Shown: positions 8,322 to 19,470 of the stretch, piece by piece
Layout of the letters: every line of letters starts with the position of its first letter
How positions within the stretch are numbered: position 1 is the stretch's first letter
NCBI RefSeq assembly: GCF_000013905.1
Contig: NC_007969.1
Location: 120,001 to 152,000 of the forward strand
Source: Psychrobacter cryohalolentis K5
Lineage (GTDB): Bacteria; Pseudomonadota; Gammaproteobacteria; Pseudomonadales; Moraxellaceae
Reading direction: 5' to 3'
DNA: 32,000 nt
Position numbers and translations under genes: made by a program
The notes under the pieces: generated by a model
Database searches by the model: none
Seen by the model: the letters and a program-made list of their open reading frames with translations, nothing else
What the model was told of the DNA's origin: nothing

Positions 8322-9050
8322 ATTCGTTAAAATAAGCAAAACAATAGCGTAAAGTCACCATGCCTGTTAAGTCGTCTTAGAACAATATTTGAATTTGCAT
8401 CAGAATAATGATGACAAGTAAGGCCATGCTAACAATACGTTGCTTATATGTAAGACAACCTGTTATCTGCTCCATCTGCCTATATAATCATAAGTAGTAA
8501 TGGCTAAGCATAAAAAATGCATGGTTATTATAAGATTATAGGGGTGAATGACGATGATAGAAGGTATATAATACTGAGGTTAAAACGGATGCATAGCAGT
8601 GATGTGTGAATATGCAGGAAGTCAATCACCTATGAATTGCGTAAGGTGATAATAGATATTCATTGTGTAAATACTTAGTATTGAACAAACAAACTATGGC
8701 TGCAATTGTTGCCATGTTACGCTATACGGCAGTGTATCATTTGTCAAATAGTCATTGCAGAGCTACAATAGTCAAGTTATTCAGCAGAAATGGCTTGTAA
8801 ATGAGCCAGCTGAACAAAAAAAATGCTATAAATAACAATTTAGTTATAACTTGTAGCATTATATATAAATTAATGTTTTGCGACGAGCGACATAAGAAAA
8901 CTGAACGTTCACAAATAATTTGAATGGTGTTCTATGTTGATTGTTCATTGTTAAAAAGCTATTTATTCAATAGCTGAGCCGCCTGTATACAACAGATTTC
9001 ACAATAATAAGCACGATTCCATTCATTTATCTATCAAATAGACGATTATT

Positions 9051-11936
9051 ATGAATAGTATAACTAAAGAAGCAGCGAGCGTAGATCAAACAGAGTTGGC
9101 CGCTGATAACGCCAATTATATTGATATTCTCTACGAGCAATACCTAGAAGATCCTAATAGTGTTGGCAGCGATTGGCAAACGTATTTTGAACAATACAAA
9201 TCGCCAAATGATGCGCCGCATAACGCCATTAAAGACCAGTTTTTATTATTAGCGCGTAATCAGACGGCTAATAAGGTCAGCACCGACACCAGTAGCGCGA
9301 CTACTAGTCATAGCAACAATGTTGGTGACAATAAGCAAATGGGCGTACAGCAGCTCATCTCAGCTTACCGTCGTCGCGGTCATCGCCGAGCGCAGTTAGA
9401 TCCATTAAGTCTACACCCACGTGCGGAAGTAGAGGATTTGACCCTTGCCTATCACAATCTTTCTGACGCGGATCTAGATACGGTATTTCCTACTAATGAT
9501 CTAAATATCGGTAAAAATGAAGCACCGTTACGTGAAATCATTGAAATCATGGAGCGCGTCTATTGCCGTTATATCGGTACAGAATATATGCACGTGACCA
9601 CCAGCACAGAAAAGCGCTGGATGGAAAAATATCTAGAAACCAATCTAGGTCATATCTCTTTTGATACAGAAAAACGTTTGTCTATTCTTGAGCGTTTGAC
9701 GGCAGCAGAAGGCTTAGAAAAATATCTTGCTCGTAAATATACGGGTGTGAAGCGTTTTGGTCTGGAAGGCGGAGAGAGCTTTATTCCAGCGATCAATGAA
9801 ATCATCCAACGTGCTGGCGGTTATGGTACAAAAGAGATGGTCATTGGTATGGCTCACCGTGGGCGTTTAAACTTATTGGTAAATATCTTGGGTAAAAACC
9901 CTGCTGATTTATTTGATGAGTTCGATGGCAAAGTTCAGCCAGAAAAAGGCTCAGGTGATGTGAAATACCACAATGGTTTTTCATCGAACGTGATGACACC
10001 AGGTGGGGAAGCGCATTTAGCGTTGGCATTTAACCCGTCACATCTTGAAATCGTTGCGCCAGTATTACAAGGCTCAGTACGTGCACGTCAAGTACGTCGT
10101 AACGATCAGCCACTTCATGAAAATAAGACGGGCAATTCAGTATTGCCAATCGTCATTCATGGTGATGCAGCGTTTGCTGGTCAAGGCGTGGTACAAGAGA
10201 CATTCCAGATGTCACAAACCCGTGCGTATACGACGGGCGGCACCATCCATATTGTGATTAATAACCAAGTTGGTTTTACCACCAGCCGTCAAGAAGATGC
10301 ACGCTCAACTGAATACTGTACTGATGTGGCAAAAATGGTTCATGCGCCAATTTTGCATGTCAACGGTGATGATCCTGAGTCTGTGGTATTTGCCGCGCAA
10401 TTGGCGTTAGATTATCGTCATGAGTTTGACAAAGACATCATCATAGATCTTTTCTGCTATCGCCGTAACGGTCATAATGAGGCGGACGAGCCTTCAGCGA
10501 CTCAGCCACTCATGTATGCAGTGATCAAAAAGCTACCAACGACTCGTACTATTTACGCAAAACAGTTAATCGAAGAAGGTTTGCTGAGTAAAGAAGATGA
10601 AACACGTTTAGAAGATGAGTATCGTGAATCATTAGATCGCGGTGAATATGTTGCCAATTCATTAGTAAACGAGCCTAACGAGCAGCTATTTGTCGATTGG
10701 AAACCTTACTTGGGTCACGATTTGGTTGATGATTGGGATACCAGTGTCGACATCGAAGTGTTGAAAGGCTATGGTCGCCGCATGGCACAAATGCCTGAAG
10801 GTTACAAGCTACAGCGTCAAGTACAAAAAGTGGTCGAGCAGCGCTTAGCAATGCAAACTGGCGAAGAGCCTTTGAACTGGGGTGCAGCTGAGACATTGGC
10901 ATACGCATCACTGGTCGATAACGATAAAGTGCTCGTACGTATTACTGGTGAAGATGTAGGACGTGGTACGTTCTCACATCGTCATAGTGAGCTATATAAT
11001 ATTGAAGATGGCAGCATGTATGTGCCACTTGCTCACCTGAGTGAAGATCAAGCACGCTTTGCCACTTATAACTCATTGTTATCAGAAGAAGCGGTACTAG
11101 CTTTTGAATATGGTTATGCGACTACGGTGCCAAATGCATTGGTTGTTTGGGAAGCGCAGTTCGGTGATTTTGTTAACGGTGCTCAAGTAGTTATCGATCA
11201 GTTTATCGCCAGTGGCGAGACCAAATGGCAGCGCGTTTGCGGCTTAACCATGTTATTGCCGCATGGCTTCGAAGGTCAAGGTCCTGAGCATTCATCAGCC
11301 CGTCTTGAACGCTTCTTGCAGCTATGTGCTGAAGACAACATGCAAGTCATCACACCAACGACGCCTGCACAGATTTATCATGCGCTACGTCGTCAAGCGG
11401 TTCGCCCGATTCGTAAACCGTTAATCGTGATGTCGCCAAAAAGCTTGCTACGTCATAAGCTTGCGACTTCTCAATTAGAAGAATTGGCAAATGGTAAGTT
11501 TGAAACGGTATTGCCAGAGATGGATCAGCAAAATCCGGACAACGTGACTCGTATGGTGCTATGTGGCGGTAAAGTTTATTATGACTTGCTTGAGCAGCGC
11601 CGTGCATTAGGTTTAGACCATGTAGCAATCGTTCGTATTGAGCAGCTCTATCCTTTACCAGAAAAACGCTTAATTGCTGAAATTGAAAAATACAGCAACT
11701 TAAAAGAAATCGTTTGGACGCAAGAGGAGCCGTTGAATCAAGGGGCTTGGTATTACTTAGCACCGCATATGTTCCGCATTGTTGTACCGCATCCAACCAG
11801 AGCAAAAGTCATGGAGCCAGTTGCACGTCCTGCCAGTGCAGCGCCTGCGACAGGATCAGCAAAATTACACGTTAAGCAACAACAAGATTTAATCGCTGGT
11901 GGTCTTGGTATCAGTGTAGATGAGCTGTCTATTTAA
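9051..11936 (+). CDS. sucA: 2-oxoglutarate dehydrogenase E1 component
   Basis: The 961-aa product is colinear with SucA/OdhA: N-terminal YIDILYEQYLEDPNSV, a TPP region HGDAAFAGQGVVQET, and LLPHGFEGQGPEHSSARLERFLQ. Confidence 0.97.
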   Translation: MNSITKEAASVDQTELAADNANYIDILYEQYLEDPNSVGSDWQTYFEQYKSPNDAPHNAIKDQFLLLARNQTANKVSTDTSSATTSHSNNVGDNKQMGVQQLISAYRRRGHRRAQLDPLSLHPRAEVEDLTLAYHNLSDADLDTVFPTNDLNIGKNEAPLREIIEIMERVYCRYIGTEYMHVTTSTEKRWMEKYLETNLGHISFDTEKRLSILERLTAAEGLEKYLARKYTGVKRFGLEGGESFIPAINEIIQRAGGYGTKEMVIGMAHRGRLNLLVNILGKNPADLFDEFDGKVQPEKGSGDVKYHNGFSSNVMTPGGEAHLALAFNPSHLEIVAPVLQGSVRARQVRRNDQPLHENKTGNSVLPIVIHGDAAFAGQGVVQETFQMSQTRAYTTGGTIHIVINNQVGFTTSRQEDARSTEYCTDVAKMVHAPILHVNGDDPESVVFAAQLALDYRHEFDKDIIIDLFCYRRNGHNEADEPSATQPLMYAVIKKLPTTRTIYAKQLIEEGLLSKEDETRLEDEYRESLDRGEYVANSLVNEPNEQLFVDWKPYLGHDLVDDWDTSVDIEVLKGYGRRMAQMPEGYKLQRQVQKVVEQRLAMQTGEEPLNWGAAETLAYASLVDNDKVLVRITGEDVGRGTFSHRHSELYNIEDGSMYVPLAHLSEDQARFATYNSLLSEEAVLAFEYGYATTVPNALVVWEAQFGDFVNGAQVVIDQFIASGETKWQRVCGLTMLLPHGFEGQGPEHSSARLERFLQLCAEDNMQVITPTTPAQIYHALRRQAVRPIRKPLIVMSPKSLLRHKLATSQLEELANGKFETVLPEMDQQNPDNVTRMVLCGGKVYYDLLEQRRALGLDHVAIVRIEQLYPLPEKRLIAEIEKYSNLKEIVWTQEEPLNQGAWYYLAPHMFRIVVPHPTRAKVMEPVARPASAAPATGSAKLHVKQQQDLIAGGLGISVDELSI

Positions 11937-12091
11937 TAGCTTATCTAAATAACAGATTGTATGTAATCAATGAATCAGGCGATGACAGTCAGTACCCAGT
12001 GAGACAATTTAAATATCACATTTTAAATGGCACTGACTGCCTATCACGACTTAATTATAAATAGTAATATCCAAATCTAAGGAGTATATCG

Positions 12092-13324
12092 ATGGCTGAA
12101 ATTAAAGCCCCCGTTTTTCCAGAATCGGTTGCCGATGGTACAATCGTTGAATGGCATGTCACTGAAGGTCAGCAAGTAAACCGTGATGACCTATTAGCTG
12201 AAATCGAAACTGATAAAGTTGTATTAGAAGTGGTCGCGCCTGATAACGGTGTTGTAACCCGAATCGTTAAGCAAGTAGATGATACCGTATTGTCTGATGA
12301 GCTGATTGCCGAATTTGAAGCTGGTGCTAGCGCCAGTGCTGAAGCTGCTCCTGCCGTTGATCCAGATCAACCAGCTGCGCCAGTACAACCTAAGCAAGCA
12401 ACAGATGGCGGCGAGCCAGTACAAGCGTCTGCTGAATCTGATCATAAAGATCAAAGCCCTGCGGTTCGTAAAGCAGCCAAAGAGTCTGGCGTAGATCCTA
12501 AAAACGTCGAAGGTAGTGGTCGCGGCGGTCGTGTGACCAAAACTGACATGTCAAACCCAACGTTAAAAGCGGATAGCTCAATCACTTCTGATAGTGGTCG
12601 TCCTGTTGCTGAAGCAGTTGGCGAGCGTACTGAAAAACGCGTACCAATGACACGTCTACGTAAAACAATCGCGAATCGTCTACTAGCTGCTTCTCAAGAA
12701 ACGGCAATGTTAACGACGTTTAACGAAGTCAACATGAAACCGTTGATGGACATGCGTACTAAGTATAAAGATCAGTTCGAAAAGCGTCATGGTACACGTT
12801 TAGGCTTTATGTCGTTATTCGTAAAAGCGGCGACTGAAGCCCTAAAACGTTATCCAGCTGTGAACGCGTCATTAGACGGTGATGATATCGTTTATCATGG
12901 TTACTATGACATCGGTGTTGCCGTATCTTCTAACCGTGGTCTAGTCGTACCAGTACTGCGTGATACTGATCGCATGAGCATGGCAGATGTTGAAGCCAAG
13001 ATTCGTGAGTTTGGTGGTAAAGCACAAGAAGGTAAACTTGGTCTAGAAGACATGGTTGGCGGTACATTTACCATCTCAAACGGTGGTGTATTTGGTTCAC
13101 TGATGTCAACACCTATCTTGAACCCACCACAAACTGCTATCTTGGGTATGCATGCTATCAATGACCGTCCTATGGCAGTTAATGGTGAAGTTAAAATCTT
13201 GCCAATGATGTATCTTGCACTGTCTTATGACCATCGTATGATTGATGGTAAAGAAGCGGTACAATTCTTAGTAACACTGAAAGAATTGGTTGAAGACCCT
13301 ACTATGCTACTTTTAGATCTTTAA
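12092..13324 (+). CDS. sucB: Dihydrolipoyllysine-residue succinyltransferase (2-oxoglutarate dehydrogenase E2)
   Basis: It has a single N-terminal lipoyl domain ([11 protein letters not shown]), an Ala/Pro linker, an E3-binding segment ([14 protein letters not shown]) and a catalytic domain with [13 protein letters not shown] lies upstream of the ATG. Confidence 0.96.
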   Translation: MAEIKAPVFPESVADGTIVEWHVTEGQQVNRDDLLAEIETDKVVLEVVAPDNGVVTRIVKQVDDTVLSDELIAEFEAGASASAEAAPAVDPDQPAAPVQPKQATDGGEPVQASAESDHKDQSPAVRKAAKESGVDPKNVEGSGRGGRVTKTDMSNPTLKADSSITSDSGRPVAEAVGERTEKRVPMTRLRKTIANRLLAASQETAMLTTFNEVNMKPLMDMRTKYKDQFEKRHGTRLGFMSLFVKAATEALKRYPAVNASLDGDDIVYHGYYDIGVAVSSNRGLVVPVLRDTDRMSMADVEAKIREFGGKAQEGKLGLEDMVGGTFTISNGGVFGSLMSTPILNPPQTAILGMHAINDRPMAVNGEVKILPMMYLALSYDHRMIDGKEAVQFLVTLKELVEDPTMLLLDL

Positions 13325-13332
13325 GTTTTTAG

Positions 13333-13365
13333 GCTTGTATCAGTAATGACTGATACAAGCTTTTT
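13333..13365 (+). terminator. Rho-independent terminator or attenuator after sucB
   Basis: A perfect 12-bp stem GCTTGTATCAGT-aatg-ACTGATACAAGC is followed by TTTTT. Confidence 0.75.
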
Positions 13366-13586
13366 AGCTTTGTATAGATTATCTTTTAATGCCTTTTAGC
13401 TTTTTCAGTTCTATCTTATGAGCAATGAGCTAAGCATACTCAGCAACTATCTTTATCGTCTTTTTAAACGCATCTATTATCTAGCATTTAGATATCGTAT
13501 TGGTTATCGAATGGATAAGTCGATGGTTTACTAACGAGATAAAATTGGTTTATATGATACCTAACATTAAACTAAAATTAAAATAG

Positions 13587-15047
<1,461 letters not shown>

Positions 15048-15234
15048 TTTTAACGGCTAAAAATATTTGTATAAAGATATTTTAAGTGTTTTAAATGGTT
15101 ATTAGATGATGGCATGACCATCGCATTGTTCGAATAGCTATTTTGAATGCTGCGTTGGTCTAACATACAGTAGAGCATTCTACGATGTATGAGTTTTCAT
15201 TTTTTATTAATGGTAAAAATAAAGGATTCAATCA

Positions 15235-16401
15235 ATGAATTTACATGAGTATCAAGCAAAAGAGCTATTGAAAAGCTACGGCTTGCCAATTCAAGAAGGC
15301 ATCATTGCTTACAGTGGCGACGAAGCAGCGGCAGCTTTTGACAAAACCCCAACTGATATCGCAGTCATCAAAGCGCAGGTTCATGCTGGTGGTCGCGGTA
15401 AAGCGGGCGGCGTGAAACTGGTTAAGACTCGTGAAGAAGCGAAGCAAGTGACTGATGAGCTTATCGGTAAAAACCTTGTAACGTATCAAACCGATGCCGC
15501 TGGTCAACCAGTGAATTTCGTTTTGGTTGCAGAAGATATGTATCCAGTGCAAACCGAGCTATATCTTGGCGCTGTTGTTGACCGCTCTTCACGTCGCGTG
15601 ACGTTTATGGCATCAACGGAAGGCGGTGTTGAGATTGAGAAAGTTGCAGAAGAAACGCCAGAGAAAATCTTTAAAGTAAATATTGATCCATTGGTTGGTT
15701 TATTGCCATTCCAAGCGCGTGAAGTCGCGTTTAAATTGGGTCTTGAAGGCAAGCAAATCAATCAATTCGTTAAATTGATGTCTGGTGCTTATCAAGCATT
15801 CGTTGAAAACGACATTGATTTACTTGAAATCAACCCATTAGCGGTTCGCGAAAATGGCGAGATCGTTTGTGTTGATGGCAAAATTGGTATTGACTCAAAC
15901 GCTTTATATCGTTTGCCTAAGATTGCTGCGCTACAAGACAAATCACAAGAAAATGAGCGTGAGCTTAAAGCGGCTGAGTTTGATCTAAACTATGTTGCCC
16001 TAGAAGGCAATATCGGTTGTATGGTAAACGGTGCTGGTCTTGCAATGGCTACGATGGACATCATCAAATTGTACGGCGGCAAGCCTGCTAACTTCTTGGA
16101 CGTTGGCGGCGGTGCAACTAAAGATCGCGTTGTTGAAGCCTTCAAGATCATTCTTGAAGACAGCAGCGTTGAAGGTGTTCTGATCAACATCTTCGGTGGT
16201 ATCGTACGTTGTGACATGATTGCAGAAGCTATTATCGCTGCGATCAAAGAAGTTGACGTCAAAGTACCAGTTGTTGTCCGTTTAGAGGGTAACAATGCTG
16301 AGCTTGGCGCACAAATTCTAGAAGAATCTGGTCTGAAATTGATCTCAGCTCAAGGTTTATCAGACGCCGCTCAAAAAATTGTTGACGCTGTTAAAGCTTA
16401 A
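15235..16401 (+). CDS. sucC: Succinyl-CoA synthetase beta subunit
   Basis: The 388-aa product begins [12 protein letters not shown], followed by an ATP-grasp region and [15 protein letters not shown]. Confidence 0.97.
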   Translation: MNLHEYQAKELLKSYGLPIQEGIIAYSGDEAAAAFDKTPTDIAVIKAQVHAGGRGKAGGVKLVKTREEAKQVTDELIGKNLVTYQTDAAGQPVNFVLVAEDMYPVQTELYLGAVVDRSSRRVTFMASTEGGVEIEKVAEETPEKIFKVNIDPLVGLLPFQAREVAFKLGLEGKQINQFVKLMSGAYQAFVENDIDLLEINPLAVRENGEIVCVDGKIGIDSNALYRLPKIAALQDKSQENERELKAAEFDLNYVALEGNIGCMVNGAGLAMATMDIIKLYGGKPANFLDVGGGATKDRVVEAFKIILEDSSVEGVLINIFGGIVRCDMIAEAIIAAIKEVDVKVPVVVRLEGNNAELGAQILEESGLKLISAQGLSDAAQKIVDAVKA

Positions 16402-16505
16402 TTGCTCAAGAGTATAAGGCGTTTGCTGTTATTCTACCGACGTTAACATTTAACGTGGCAGGATAGGCAAGCGCCTACCAGACAACCGCATACAAGGATA
16501 AGATA

Positions 16506-17381
16506 ATGAGTGTATTAATTGATAAAGACACCAAAGTATTGGTGCAAGGTTTTACCGGTAAAAATGGTACGTTCCACTCAGAACAAGCCATCGAATATGG
16601 TACAAAAGTTGTTGGCGGCGTAACCCCAGGTAAAGGCGGTCAAACGCACCTAGGTTTGCCAGTATTCAACACCATGTCTGAAGCAATGGCAGCCACCCAA
16701 GCAGACGCTTCTGTTATCTATGTACCAGCTCCTTTTGTACTAGATTCTATCATCGAAGCAATTGATGCTGGTGTGAAGCTAATTGTTGTGATCACTGAAG
16801 GTGTACCAACGCTTGATATGCTTAAAGCCAAACGCTACCTTGAAACAGCAGGCGATGTACGTCTAATCGGTCCTAACTGCCCAGGCGTTATCACCCCAGG
16901 TCAGTGCAAAATCGGCATCATGCCAGGTCATATCCATTTGCCAGGTAAAGTGGGTATCATCTCACGCTCTGGTACTTTAACTTATGAAGCCGTTGCTCAA
17001 ACCACTAAGCTTGGTTTTGGTCAATCAACCTGTATCGGTATCGGTGGTGATCCGATCCCTGGTATGAACCAGATTGATGCGCTTAAATTGTTCCAAGAAG
17101 ATCCACAAACTGAAGCAATTATCTTAATCGGTGAAATTGGTGGTACTGCTGAAGAAGAAGCAGCCGCTTATATCAAAGACCATGTAACTAAGCCAGTTGT
17201 TGGTTATATTGCTGGTGTAACTGCTCCTGAAGGTAAGCGTATGGGTCATGCCGGCGCTATCATCTCTGGCGGTCAAGGTACAGCTGAAGATAAATTTAAA
17301 GCGTTTGAAGCGGCAGGTATTGCTTACACGCGTGACCCATCAAAATTGGGCGAGAAGCTAAAAGAAGTGACAGGTTGGTAG
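16506..17381 (+). CDS. sucD: Succinyl-CoA synthetase alpha subunit
   Basis: The 291-aa product has SRSGTLTYE and the phosphohistidine loop [15 protein letters not shown] lies upstream of the ATG. Confidence 0.97.
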   Translation: MSVLIDKDTKVLVQGFTGKNGTFHSEQAIEYGTKVVGGVTPGKGGQTHLGLPVFNTMSEAMAATQADASVIYVPAPFVLDSIIEAIDAGVKLIVVITEGVPTLDMLKAKRYLETAGDVRLIGPNCPGVITPGQCKIGIMPGHIHLPGKVGIISRSGTLTYEAVAQTTKLGFGQSTCIGIGGDPIPGMNQIDALKLFQEDPQTEAIILIGEIGGTAEEEAAAYIKDHVTKPVVGYIAGVTAPEGKRMGHAGAIISGGQGTAEDKFKAFEAAGIAYTRDPSKLGEKLKEVTGW

Positions 17382-17418
17382 TATCAGTAGCTAACTGACT
17401 GTTAATACTCAAATGACG

Positions 17419-17447
17419 TTGAAAAATAATGAAGGCACCCCTACAAT
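17419..17447 (+). promoter_or_regulatory. Candidate sigma70 promoter for galE overlapping the sucD terminator
   Basis: TTGAAA (17419-17424), a 17-nt spacer, then TACAAT (17442-17447). The -10 hexamer is exactly the loop of the terminator hairpin. This is prediction by eye only. Confidence 0.4.
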
Positions 17448-17462
17448 GGGGTGTCTTTTTTT
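17434..17462 (+). terminator. Rho-independent terminator after sucD
   Basis: The sequence is GGCACCCC-tacaat-GGGGTGTC followed by T7. The 8-bp stem includes one G:U pair. Confidence 0.75.
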
Positions 17463-17488
17463 GTTTGAAAATTGCTTTGGATATCAAT

Positions 17489-18529
17489 ATGGAAAATTAT
17501 AAAAATAAAATATTAGTGACTGGAGGCGCAGGATATATCGGTTCACATACTTGTATTGCACTGCATGAAGCAGGCTACGAGGTGGTGATATATGACAATT
17601 TATCTAACAGCAGTTTTGAGGCAGTAAATCGTGTTTCTAGCCTTATTGGGCAGCCTATCGACTTTATCGAAGGCGACATTCGTGATGCTGATTCACTCAG
17701 GCAAGTATTTGTCGCCCATCGATTTTTTGGCGTGATTCATTTTGCTGGCTTAAAAGCGGTGGGCGAATCTGTCGCTAAACCCTTGATGTATTATGATAAT
17801 AATGTGAGTGGTACGATTACCTTACTTAAAATCATGGCTGAATATGAGGTTAAAAAACTAGTCTTTTCTTCATCAGCTACGGTCTATGGTGATCCTGAAA
17901 TTCTGCCCATTAATGAAGACTCTCCACGCTCCTGTACCAATCCTTATGGACAGAGTAAGCTTACGGTTGAGCATGTTCTAGAAGATTTAGCGCTATCAGA
18001 TAACAGCTGGAGCCTTATTCCTTTGAGGTATTTTAATCCTGTTGGCGCGCACCCATCTGGACAAATTGGCGAAGATCCCAATGATATTCCAAATAATTTA
18101 ATGCCATATATCTCACAAGTCGCGGTCGGCAAGCTTGATAAATTAAGCATTTTTGGCGATGACTATGCTACGGTAGATGGTACGGGTGTGCGTGACTTTA
18201 TACATGTAACTGACCTCGCACAAGGTCATGTCGCCGCGCTCAATTATCTAAAGCAGCAAAAGCAAAGCTTAGGTTTTCTTCCGATCAATTTAGGATCAGG
18301 TAAGGGAACGTCTGTATTAGAGTTAGTTAGAGCGTTTTCTGCCGTATCAGCTAAAGATATTCCTTTTCAGTTTGTTGGGCGACGAGCTGGTGATATTGCC
18401 AGTTGCTATGCTAGTGCTGATAAAGCACAAGAGTTATTAGGATGGAAGGCAAGCTTATCTATTACTGATATGTGTCAAGATACATGGCGTTGGCAAAGCA
18501 TAAATCCAAATGGTTATAACTCAATATAA
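17489..18529 (+). CDS. galE: UDP-glucose 4-epimerase
   Basis: It has the Rossmann motif KILVTGGAGYIGSH and the catalytic YGQSK (YxxxK). I chose the ATG at 17489 (MENYKNK). The track start at 17429 would read through the terminator hairpin. Confidence 0.93.
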   Translation: MENYKNKILVTGGAGYIGSHTCIALHEAGYEVVIYDNLSNSSFEAVNRVSSLIGQPIDFIEGDIRDADSLRQVFVAHRFFGVIHFAGLKAVGESVAKPLMYYDNNVSGTITLLKIMAEYEVKKLVFSSSATVYGDPEILPINEDSPRSCTNPYGQSKLTVEHVLEDLALSDNSWSLIPLRYFNPVGAHPSGQIGEDPNDIPNNLMPYISQVAVGKLDKLSIFGDDYATVDGTGVRDFIHVTDLAQGHVAALNYLKQQKQSLGFLPINLGSGKGTSVLELVRAFSAVSAKDIPFQFVGRRAGDIASCYASADKAQELLGWKASLSITDMCQDTWRWQSINPNGYNSI

Positions 18530-18582
18530 GTATTATAGAAAACAAACCCTTATCCATTCTTATTAAGTATGTATTAATCCTT

Positions 18583-19467
18583 ATGAAAAAAATTACTCAC
18601 GCGGTGATACCCGTTGCAGGCTTTGGTACTCGTATGTTGCCATTGTCTAAATCCGTACCTAAAGAGCTATTGCCGCTTGGTAAACGTCCTGCCATCCATT
18701 ATGTGGTGGCAGAAGCTATTGCTGCCGGTATTAAGCACATTGTCTTGGTTGGTCATGCACAAAAAAGTGCTATTGAAAATTACTTTGATCTCAATGCCGA
18801 GCTTGACAATCAATTGCGTGTTAAAGGTAAGAACGAGCTAGCAGACAGCTTAAACTGGCTACCAGATGATGTAACTATATCGATGATACGTCAGGGTCAG
18901 CCATTGGGTTTAGGTCATGCGGTGCTTGCCGCACGCCCAATCATTGGTAAGCATGATTTTGCAGTACTGCTGCCAGATGTGGTGCTTGATCCTTTTAATG
19001 GTGATATGTCTGCTGACAATTTGGCGTTTATGATTGACGCTTTTTCTGTAGATAACCATTCGCAAATATTGGTCGATAAAGTAACCGATGAAGACGTACA
19101 TAAATACGGTATCGCTCAATTAAGTGAAGCGCTTATGGATGAGGGCGATATAGATGATAAAACAGATAAGAATGTCAGTTTTAAAGTGGCAGGTTTTGTA
19201 GAAAAGCCAAATCTCTCTGATGCGCCATCCAGACTCGCTGTGGTTGGTCGTTATGTCTTTAGTCATCATATTTTTGATTATCTGGCGAATACCCAAGCCT
19301 CAGTTGGCGGAGAAATTCAACTGACGGATGCTATTGATGCGCTTATCAGTGAGTATGGTGTCAATGTCACGACCATGCGTGGTAACAGTTATGATGCTGG
19401 CGATATGCGCTCTTATATGCAAGCCTTTATATATTTCGCTCAGCAGCAACTAGCCGATGAAGAGTAG
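18583..19467 (+). CDS. galU: UTP-glucose-1-phosphate uridylyltransferase
   Basis: The N-terminal signature PVAGFGTRMLPLSKSVPKELLP and the motif VEKP are present. The product is 294 aa. Confidence 0.95.
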   Translation: MKKITHAVIPVAGFGTRMLPLSKSVPKELLPLGKRPAIHYVVAEAIAAGIKHIVLVGHAQKSAIENYFDLNAELDNQLRVKGKNELADSLNWLPDDVTISMIRQGQPLGLGHAVLAARPIIGKHDFAVLLPDVVLDPFNGDMSADNLAFMIDAFSVDNHSQILVDKVTDEDVHKYGIAQLSEALMDEGDIDDKTDKNVSFKVAGFVEKPNLSDAPSRLAVVGRYVFSHHIFDYLANTQASVGGEIQLTDAIDALISEYGVNVTTMRGNSYDAGDMRSYMQAFIYFAQQQLADEE

Positions 19468-19470
19468 TTA

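Noticed and set aside
11350-11805. 151-aa minus-strand ORF
   Set aside because: It is antisense inside sucA and has no recognisable motifs. It is explained by the lack of stop codons in the reverse frame of a biased gene.
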